A DNA stretch of 64,000 nt from Tubiluchus corallicola (taxonomy: Eukaryota; Animalia; Priapulida), in NCBI GenBank assembly GCA_030141605.1, contig JAQGDQ010000076.1, positions 434,001-498,000 of the forward strand, in the 5' to 3' direction. The notes below the pieces were generated by a model. The model worked only from the letters and a program-made list of their open reading frames with translations. It did no database searches and had not been told where the DNA came from. This document shows positions 1 to 9,734 of the stretch, piece by piece. Positions within the stretch are counted from its first letter, which is position 1. The number at the start of each line of letters is the position of its first letter. A program made the translations under genes and the position numbers.

Positions 1-200
1 CGTGTGTGTCTGTCTGTCCATACGGTAAAATCAAAATGGATAAAGTTGTAATCACTAAGCCTGGCACAGGGATAGGCCTGGGCAATGCCTGAAAGTCCAT
101 TAGTTTTTGTTTAAACCAAAGGTAAAAAAGATTTTAGAATAGATTTTTGCTTATGGTGATTTCTTGGGAATGAATCTGCACATCTAACAAATGTGCTCCA
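1..200. mobile_element. Probable non-autonomous interspersed repeat (Helentron/HINE- or DINE-1-like), truncated by the window edge, inside an ENOPH1 intron
   Basis: A (TG)n(TCTG)n microsatellite is followed by 'ccatacggtaaaatcaaaatgg...aatcactaagcctggcacagggatag'. This layout resembles GTCY-microsatellite-bearing HINE-type repeats. Recognised from memory, not by a search. Confidence 0.35.
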
Positions 201-1059
201 GTTTCACCTAGTCTTGGCTGTCATCTTATGGTGGGCATGATTTGTGGTCTACATAGTCTGAGCTTGTGAATGAGTTCCAAGTCGTAATCTAGTGTTTCCT
301 TTTGACTTTGACGTTTGGGGACGTGCTTACCACAATCTTTATTTAAGTTGTTGTTCAAAAACAGTGTAAGTTTTGCAAGCCATTGTTGATACTGTTATTC
401 AAAGTCGTTTGTCTAAAGCATGAGCACTGTTGGGGAGTTTAAGGACTCTTCTTCCAGTAAACACAAAGTTTCCCAATAATTATTAACTTGAAGGAAAACC
501 GGGTGATTGTGTAAACACGAGTTCAGAATAAAGAATGCTCTAAAATATTGAAAACTACAATAGCTTATTTTAAATCAATGCTTACATTAAATAATAATTA
601 CCTCGGATACTCAAAATTCGTTAAACTTTTAAAGCTACGCACAGTATAGTGAATCTACTAAGATTGGCAGCAGGGCCTTTTTGTCACGTGTGTGTGGCCG
701 ACAAATAGAAGGCGTTACCATGATAACCACAATCATGAACTGCTGTGTTGGTTTCATGACGTCATATGATGTAAAGCCCATTTTCTGTGACATTATGCGC
801 TTAAGCAGTACTGTAACACCTATCCAAATGTGCTTGACGTGCAAGGGAAGATGCCTGCCTTTGCACAAACTGTGGTTAGTTTCTGACATAAGCAATAGCT
901 GTGTTCGGTTGCCGTTAATTAACTTTCTAAGCTAATTGTTCAAGCATAAGGAACAATTGCTAGCTTTTGTAGGCAAGAAAATGTATATTTTGGACAGTAA
1001 ATTAAAATGAGATTAAGTCTAAACAATCGTCTGGTCTTCCTTTAAGAGTTTACAACTGA

Positions 1060-1311
<252 letters not shown>

Positions 1312-2069
1312 TGAAATCATTTTCAAAATAGCCATTAATGTTGTAATAATTTAAATAAACGAGTGCTCCTTGTAAATGAATGCTGCTAATCTCAATAATT
1401 TTGTGTAATGAGTGTTCATTCACTAATTTGGAGAATTTTAAAATTTTCTAAATTACCTTTTTAACATTCTGGTACCACTCCAGAGGTAGCAATTGGAAAA
1501 TGTTCAAAATATTAAAGAGACAACAAGTTGAATGTTGAAAAATTGATGCTACTGAGAACAGAAACTTTTTTCAAAATGTGCTTATGGATTCGCTCTTGCT
1601 TTCTGTACTGCCAACATTTTGCAAAGTGTTTTCGCTAATTTTGCTTCCAGTTGTCATTAATCGTGACATTTATAACAATGGGTTAAAAGACCTATATAAG
1701 ATAAGCTCCAGAATTCGATACTTTTTTTGTTGTTGTCCACGAATGATTCAAGGATCGAAGATGGTATCGATGATACACGATGTTTATCGTGTATTTAACA
1801 TTCTTAACATTTAGGAGTTGCAAAAGATCTAATTGCATACTAGTTTTGTAGTTCAGCTGATATTTAATGCACTTATTGCCTTGAATTGCAACCGGTTGTG
1901 CATCATTGTTTATAAGCATTTTATTACTGACTGTACAATAGTTAGTTGCACATTCACCTAAATTCAAGACAATCTCAACTTAGCAATTTTGCAAGGCATA
2001 CGTATTTCAATTGACCAAAAATAAAAACACTAGCCAAATACTGCAAAAGAATTTTGCGCATAAACCCAC

Positions 2070-2250
2070 AATGACAACCCACACCACACTGGTGCCCCAC
2101 TCGCAACACACCACACCAAACCAACCTGCCGCACCACTCACAATACACTATCCACACCACAGCACCCACATCATACCTCAACACAGCACTACACCACATT
2201 ACCCACATCATACCATCAATACCACATCATACCACCCAGACCACACTACA
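2070..2250. repeat. Degenerate (CACCA/CACAC)n low-complexity tract
   Basis: Visible C/A-rich pentamer-like periodicity. It generates the spurious H/T/P-rich ORF 2011..2289. Confidence 0.8.
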
Positions 2251-2598
2251 TTGTATTGTTTAGAGATGATTGTTGAGCACAATGACTAATTTTTTTCATT
2301 TAGAATTTCAGAATGAGAATTTCCAAATTCAAATGAAAGTGACAGTAATCATTAAATTTTTGGAATCTTGAGAAAGCTAGTTTTAGAATCTTTTTCTCTG
2401 TGGTAACTAAATAATTAATATTTGCAAATTGACAAGAAAAAAATACGACCTTTTTGTGAAAAATATTATAATTCATGAAAGATTTTGTGAAAGATACTTT
2501 CAAAGGTCATTAAGCAATGAAATGTGAAACAGTTTTTGCTAAAGTGTGATAAGTACAAGTGATGTGTGTTGACTACCAGACTTTTCGGAAAAGCGAAC

Positions 2599-4815
2599 AT
2601 GTCTCTCCGTGGCAGCATTTTCAACCTGTTGATAGCCTTCATAGTATTTGTCATTGTCGATCGTTTGCAAATGAATCCTAAAGCAGTGGAAGGAGCTGAC
2701 GTTATTTGGGAAAAAACGCTCCCTCCACAGAACTGTGAGAAAACTTCTACAGGGTACCACCACTATCATCATGAAATAACCCTTAATGAAAAGAGCAATC
2801 CAGGTCCTGGCACCAATCTCCTCAACTTAAGCAAGAAAAGGAAACTAATAGATTATATAGTGAATATATTTACTAGAAAGGTATTTCCTCGCATATTTCC
2901 TTATCACTATGGGCAAATTGAAAATGACTGGAAGCTGTTTAAGTGGCCTACATATAATATATTCGGCGCAGTTTCTTCACCACCTCCAGTTTTGAAGTTA
3001 AAAAGATACATACCTGAGTATTTGTCAGAATATAGGCCCTTGGAATTTCTGAAATTAAACCCTAAATTGGAGGTACAATTTGTTTGTAGTACTGAGAGAG
3101 AATATAGACCTAATGATGGAATTAATAGGGCTCATGTGATCTGGATTACAGTCTGGATAGTTCCTTTTGATTTTCATAAGCCTCGCTTTGCCGGCTCTGT
3201 CTTGAGGGATTTGTTGCTCACTGAAGACACACCAGTTGGATCGAATGTTTCTGTCATTTCTGTAATTGACAAGGATAAGTTTGCAAGCACAAGGCAGTAT
3301 GAGCTTTGCATTGAGCCAGTCTTACCACCACCGAAACAGCAATGTAATTATTCACATGAATACTTTCAACTTCTGAATGATACCTTGTTCTTAAAAAAGA
3401 GATTGCAATACAGGGTAAAAGACTTCATAAAGATATATATAGTAGCACATCGTCATATAATAATGGAGACAGCGACACCTGAGAACTACACAGGCATGAC
3501 ATTTGAAGTTATAGTTTTGAATACAAATAATGAAAATCCAGATTTTCAGACCGTTGCATACACAGCATTAGTGGACAGTGGTGCTCAAGTGGGCACACCT
3601 TTAAAAATGCAGCCGTTCCCTATATCTGCTACTGACCCAGAACATCTTCACACCCTTGCTTTTTTCACTTTCCCGTTTCCAAGTCAATGTGAGGGCAAGT
3701 TTAAGATAGCTGAGACAACTGGTGTCATTACTGTTGCAGCAGAACTCGTTCATGAAAAATCTAAATATTTCACTCTTGTTCAAGTCACTGAGCAAGAGAA
3801 TCACGTACACTATGCTAGAGCTGCGTTAATGATCATGGTTTACCCCAAAATAGTGGAATTTGATAAAGAAGCTTATTCAGTGGATGTTTTTCATTATGAG
3901 CCAGTTAACACAATAGTACTGACAATGAAGATTATTAACTGGAATCCTGATAAGTTACCATCTTTCAAGTTGCTAACAAAAACTGGCATAATGGTAAAAA
4001 ATTTTAAATTGACCAAACCAGACAGCTTATTGTTTTTGCAAAAGTGGTTTCTCGATCTTGTCATAACTAGCCCACTTCACGTAAATGCTATGGATTACCA
4101 TGAATTAGTCCTACAACTACAGAGCGAGGAACAAGTTGCTGATGTTGATATCACTATTTCAGTTAGGAGAACTAATCTGAAAAATCCTGTGTTCACTCAA
4201 CAAGTGTATCAAATGAATAATACCAGAGATGATGGCTTCATTGTTGGTCAAGTTAAAGCCATTCTTGCTGGTAAAACTGAACATAAAATACAGTATTTGG
4301 TTCTTAGTTATGACACTGTTGTTCGCATTAGTGATGAGGGAAAAGTTTCCCTGGTTGCTGGATCAGCTCATGAAATGACGGTAGGGGTGAGAGCTTGTGC
4401 CATTCCAGATGATCTGCAGTATGAGGAAGCGCACTGTAGCTATGCCTTAGTAATCATCGTTTCATCAAATAATACACCAGCTGTTGGCAAATTGAAGCCT
4501 TTTTTAGGTAAAAGAAACAGTTCACTTGCAGAACGATTGCCTAAAAGAAACTGTTCACTTGCAGACCGATTGCTGATTGTTGCCAATGTGTTGTTGCTTA
4601 CTATATTAATTGTCCAAATATTTGTTCTTTTTAGAAGACTTCGTGCCCCACATGAAACTGGTATTAGACGACATTCTTTGCAAATGGCTGACACACAGCA
4701 TACTTTGCAAATGGATGGCACACAACATGCTGATATAGTTGTCGGACAGAATTTTGTTGAACAGGATGACAGAGAATATCCTATTAATTACATTTATACG
4801 AATGCTTTTTTATAG
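2599..4815 (+). CDS. Single-exon cadherin-related type-I membrane protein (~738 aa, about 4 degenerate cadherin repeats)
   Basis: Uninterrupted ORF, first ATG at 2599. N-terminal hydrophobic segment IFNLLIAFIVFVIV. Cadherin-like motifs: HKPRF..LTEDTPVGSNVSVISVIDKD, VLNTNNENPDF, VDSGAQVGTPL..ISATDPE, FKIAETTGVITV, RTNLKNPVF. TM helix LLIVANVLLLTILIVQIFVLF followed by RRLR, then a ~60-aa tail. Confidence 0.88.
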   Translation: MSLRGSIFNLLIAFIVFVIVDRLQMNPKAVEGADVIWEKTLPPQNCEKTSTGYHHYHHEITLNEKSNPGPGTNLLNLSKKRKLIDYIVNIFTRKVFPRIFPYHYGQIENDWKLFKWPTYNIFGAVSSPPPVLKLKRYIPEYLSEYRPLEFLKLNPKLEVQFVCSTEREYRPNDGINRAHVIWITVWIVPFDFHKPRFAGSVLRDLLLTEDTPVGSNVSVISVIDKDKFASTRQYELCIEPVLPPPKQQCNYSHEYFQLLNDTLFLKKRLQYRVKDFIKIYIVAHRHIIMETATPENYTGMTFEVIVLNTNNENPDFQTVAYTALVDSGAQVGTPLKMQPFPISATDPEHLHTLAFFTFPFPSQCEGKFKIAETTGVITVAAELVHEKSKYFTLVQVTEQENHVHYARAALMIMVYPKIVEFDKEAYSVDVFHYEPVNTIVLTMKIINWNPDKLPSFKLLTKTGIMVKNFKLTKPDSLLFLQKWFLDLVITSPLHVNAMDYHELVLQLQSEEQVADVDITISVRRTNLKNPVFTQQVYQMNNTRDDGFIVGQVKAILAGKTEHKIQYLVLSYDTVVRISDEGKVSLVAGSAHEMTVGVRACAIPDDLQYEEAHCSYALVIIVSSNNTPAVGKLKPFLGKRNSSLAERLPKRNCSLADRLLIVANVLLLTILIVQIFVLFRRLRAPHETGIRRHSLQMADTQHTLQMDGTQHADIVVGQNFVEQDDREYPINYIYTNAFL

Positions 4816-5329
4816 TTGTTTGGATTAATTTAATAACATTTCCATGGCTGACTAACCTTAAATCATGCAGCCTATTCTGTTGTTGGAAAAAATCTGCAAA
4901 ATGCATTTGTTTGCAGAATGGTGGCTGATCGGATATTTCGGATCATTGATGTAGCTTTGAAATCAATCCACCAGTTGAACATGCAACAATGTAGTTGGTG
5001 TGTTGTCATAAGCATTAAGTACAGCTTCTGTTAATTTCGATTAATTGATTATTTCTATTACACAATGCTACTACCAATGTGCGGAACATGTATATCACAA
5101 GATTTAGCGATGTGGATACTGAAGTTCTTAGTACTATCAGTTGTACACACATCGACATTTCATGCTGGTTCAGACATTGTATTAGATAAACGTGGCAACG
5201 CCACACAGACTAAACTTTATTAAAAATTCATTAGCGTCTGGTAACGTTCTGACATTGTTGTAAAGTTTTCTGACCAACTATCGATTATCATTTAACAATA
5301 CCAAAAAGTAGAGGTGGTATTGCCATTGA

Positions 5330-6540
5330 TTGGACAAAGTTACTAAACAGAAACTCGTGTAAACTACACGTTGCAAAACATCATGGAAAGTTTAACGTAT
5401 TTTATAAATTATATTTGCTTCCATAAGATATACATGCATAAACTGCAACTTGTCACTAGGTAAAGAAGTATAATTTTCTGACAAGTCATATACTTATACT
5501 GATAATTATACAAAATATTGTAAATTATTTAATGTAAAGTAATTATCACTAACTTAATAGCTAACGTTTGTTCTTGGTAAGAATAAGAAACATTATGAAT
5601 AAACAACAGCTAGTAGAATCATTATAACCAAAGCAGAAGAACCTTCACATACAAAACTTATGACTACAATAAAGTAGTGAGAAAGAGCTACAAACAAAAC
5701 ACCAAGAGTAGCACAGAGGGAATAAGAAACAGCGCATGCCTAATAAGACATCATTGAATCATTAGCAGCTATCACTTATGAAATGGCATATACACAACAA
5801 AAACCTATAAAACAGTAAATACAACAAGATGCGAATCAAATAAACTAAACTCGAATAAACTACATATAGGACTTTAGAATAAACACCAAATGAAAGTTAA
5901 GTGCCAAAACTATGAAGTTTTTATTGTGATGGTTCTTTCCTGTTATTATCACTTGCTAATTTGACTTTCACGAAAGATTTCTGTTCTTGCTTGCATTCAG
6001 AATTAAAAGTCACCCAAACAGGCAGAACAACCAGAATCACTCCAACATGCAGTCAGAGCAACTGGCGGTGAATTTTGGGTAAATTTTAGGCTACAAAATA
6101 GAAAAGCTTGGTATTGACATACATTTAACATGTTGAAATGAATATAAAGTACACAAACTAAAATGTACAATATTGCCAAGTCTACCCAGTTCTACACATG
6201 GACATCTCAACAAAGCGTATTGTTTTCTGTAAAATATTGGGAATAATTGTGTATTGATTTGTGTACTGAATTCTTCAGTGAAATGAAAATAAATTTGCAA
6301 AGTTGCAACTGTCTTCAAAAACTCTTCGGCACGTTTCCGCGAAGGCCGCTTTTTTCTTGATGTTTAGTTAATTTTTCTTTCTGCCAGAGAGCTTGATGAA
6401 TGGATTGTCGTCAACTGTCGCATCTGCCTCGATAACTGATGTCACAGCAATGATTAAGTAAAATTTAGCTAAATCTATGCAGCTGTGCTCTTGAAAGATG
6501 ACTTCAGCTGTGAATGCATGTAATGTCCTGCGATAATAAA
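5330..6540 (-). repeat. Diverged tandem copy of the 3' end of the ZP gene (paralogous to ~8040-9780)
   Basis: Collinear matching blocks, e.g. gttgcaaaacatcatg (~5370 vs ~8079), ttttattgtg..aatttgact (5919 vs 9133), taaattttaggc/aaattttaggc (~6080 vs ~9268), gaaggccgcttt..ttcttgatgtt (6341 vs 9534), tgtcacagcaa (6440 vs 9631). Boundaries are approximate. Confidence 0.85.
6368..6507 (-). CDS. Duplicated ZP terminal exon: candidate alternative last exon or pseudo-exon
   Basis: Acceptor gcattcacag|ctgaagtcatc is homologous to gcatttatag|ttgatgtcatc of the main exon and has the same phase 1. It reads (A)EVIFQEHSCIDLAKFYLIIAVTSVIEADATVDDNPFIKLSGRKKN*. A minus-strand AATAAA is retained at 5920-5925. 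Confidence 0.45.
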
Positions 6541-8140
6541 ACAATAATAAAACGCCTTCTATTATTTGCAGGATTATTATTGTTTATCTAATGGGAAACC
6601 CTGAGATATATGTAAAAATTACTGCCAATGTCTGCTTTGAGATGTTGGAAAAAAGGAGAAAACTATTGTATAGATAAAATGAAGGTGAAACATCAAATAA
6701 TTTATTAGTTTTATCGGTTTTATCTCTATATTTTTTATGATATACAATTTTATGACATTTGGTCTCTTATAGCTCAAAGTTGAGCACCTGTTTGGGCATA
6801 AGCGTATGTTATTTAAAGACGACGTACTTTATGGAAAAAGTAGACACCTAAACACAAAATTAAGTGAATAAGTTTGTCCATATTAAGACAATAATAATCT
6901 ATCAGTCTATTTATTTGTTTGAATAAGCAGAATCGACTATGTCCCACAGATTCGCCTGTGGGCATCGCCTTTTCCATCTTCCTTCTCCACATATTTCTGT
7001 CCAATTCGGTATCCCACATGCTGGTGTTTTTCAACTTCAGTATAGTGTTGCTAACGTCTTTAGCTATTACATATATGTAAGTTAAATTTTACTCACCAGG
7101 AGGCGTTTTGGTAGCTTTTATTAATTACTAGTAAAACCACTTTTCGATTGGGAATTATGGGGAAGTAAAATTATATATCCGATCCACATAGGCCGTTTTT
7201 ATAGCTTTTGTGCACGGTTACTAGTTAGTTTCCGGCAAAAATCTGTAGACAGTTACATTCGTCATTTATTTAGTTTTTAGTTAAGTGGATAGCTATATTT
7301 GATGTATGCCATTTGGTTAGAAAAACATTTTGTCTAAGCTATTTTCATAGTTTGCGGTGCTGGACATTTATACACATTCCGTGTTCGTATGGAGTAACTA
7401 ACTACAGATTGGACGAAAATAAGCTTTCGTTTACCTGGATTTGCCTTATAAACGAAGACCACCCTGACTGTTATTTTTTTGGATTTTGCCACAGCCTGGC
7501 AACAAGTCTGCAATTGCTCTTTCGTTACTACGCTTAAATCAACAAATATTTTATGTTTGCTCATGAGAACTACTTCAAAAAATTAGCAAATTTGATTTGG
7601 CAAGCTTCCCTAACTTTTCCGTTGAACGCTGAAAATCCACGTTGTTAAACCGTAGAACTACATAATAAAGCACATGGAACAGTGGCCTTGTAATCGCCTG
7701 TTTGGCAAGGTGTATACCAAGTAACATTATTGTCAATTGAAAACGTTGCTGGAAATTTGCGACCAATATGAATTCGTAGTTAATTCAACTCTAGCTAGCA
7801 GTGTCCCACCACTCTAACAAGCCATGCATGGACCGAGACAGAAGGCATATTTAGTTAACCCGAATTTAGCAGTTAACAAAGTGAGTCTGACACTTAGTAA
7901 CGGTGATTAAATGTACCTAATAGAAGTTTCCCTAACTGACAAAAACACTTACAGGTTTGTGTTAACAAGTGTGGTATAAGAATTTTTCTGGAACTGCATT
8001 CATGTGACCTAGCCAGTAGCTAGTTTGAGGCGATTTTTATAAAAAGGTAGTAAACTAGAAAATGTTCGTATAAACTGCGTTGCAAAACATCATGCGAAGT
8101 TTGATTAATTTCTGAATATGCATTTACTGTACACATATGT

Positions 8141-8257
8141 ACACGAGATGTGACGTGTTTACATACATGCTGAAATTAACAATATAGTTCTAAGCACACA
8201 CGAGATGTGACGTGTTTACATACATGCTGAAATTAACAATATAGTTCTAAGCACACA
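8141..8257. repeat. Perfect 57-bp tandem duplication
   Basis: acacgagatgtgacgtgtttacatacatgctgaaattaacaatatagttctaagcac occurs at 8141 and again at 8198. Confidence 0.95.
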
Positions 8258-9564
8258 AGTATTTTTTGCCAAGCCATATATAGACGTATATACCAGTTAT
8301 GCAAAGTAATTCAAACAATTTTGTGCAACAAACAAATGTGGCCTTTTCTGTTGGTATAACCAATGAAAGCGCTTTACAACATAAAAACAAACAAATGAGT
8401 TTGCTAACTAACCAACGAATTGAAAATTGAGCAAACGTTTTTTTATTACAAATAACTTCAAGAGGCTGTGGCTTTAAAATCGCCAGTATTTCATTTTTCA
8501 TATTGCTGTGTATCTACTTAATTCTTGTTCACGTTTGGCCATTTCAAATATTGCAGAATTTTACGAATCACACGTGTCCTCAAAAATAATTTGCGAAGCC
8601 AGCCTTTGTCTGACCCTACACTTTGAAACTTCACTAGGCTGTAGTTTATAATTACTAGTACTACTGATAGTTTGTTGCACAAAAATTCATTAGTTAATTT
8701 CCCAAAAATTAATGAATAATCTGATTTGTCATTTTGCTTAGCAATATATTCATATTTTAAAGACATTTTTAGTTGAAGATAAAAAGCATTGTCACAAACC
8801 AAAGAAATAGTAAGGGACGCCCAGAACAAAACAAATAGTAACAATCGTTACAAATAAAACCGCAAGAATATGTACTGATCGAAAATTAGAACTTATTGAA
8901 TTAATGACAAATCAAAATTTAGATTTTGGTCCAGATTAAATAGAAATCGCCATACACTTGAAAAGTTTAAGAATTGTCACAATTAGAAATTAAGAAGTAT
9001 CACTGACGAGTTTGCAGAAACACGATAAAGACAAGCTCAAAAGACTATAAAAACACTACACAACAATAAAACCTACCACTAGCGAAGTTTCACAAAATGT
9101 AAGACTTAAGAATTTAGATAAAACTGTGAAGATTTTATTGTGGTAGCTTATCTGCTGTTAATTTGACTTCACAAAAGATTTCAGCTCACCAAAACTAAAG
9201 GTACATCAACAGACAGAGCAACTATAATTACATGTATATTATATAGGACGGCAGTGAACTTTGGTAAAATTTTAGGCCAAAAAGTTAATAGGCTTGATAC
9301 CATCAGTCATTTTTTCACAGTAGTACATACATTCAACATACTGGAATGAACACGAAGTGTTTGCACAAATAGAAAATATAGTACAGTACTGTCAAGCTTA
9401 GAGGAATGGACATCACGTTAAAGCTGATTAAGTTCGCCTCTTTTTAAAATATTGTGGGTAACTTTCATGAAATGAGAATAAATTTACAAATGGCGTGAAA
9501 TATGTCTTCAGAACTCCTTTGTCAGGTTTCTTCGAAGGCCGCTTTTCTTTTTCTTGATGTTCAA

Positions 9565-9734
9565 TTAATTCTTCTTTCGGTCGGACAGCTTGATGAACAG
9601 CCCGATTGTTGCTACTGCCACGACAAGAAGTGTCACAGCAACGATGGAGTAAAACTTGACAGGTTTTATGCAGCTTTGCTCCGATGTTTTCTTTGGCACT
9701 GGAACTGTGATTGGCTTCTGAATGATGACATCAA
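9565..9734 (-). CDS. ZP gene last coding exon (TM anchor)
   Basis: tttatag|tt; (V)DVIIQKPITVPVPKKTSEQSCIKPVKFYSIVAVTLLVVAVATIGLFIKLSDRKKN*. Minus-strand AATAAA at 9134-9139. Confidence 0.88.

Noticed and set aside
2566-2598. TTG start for the cadherin ORF
   Set aside because: This is a eukaryotic gene. The ATG at 2599 directly precedes the hydrophobic signal segment.
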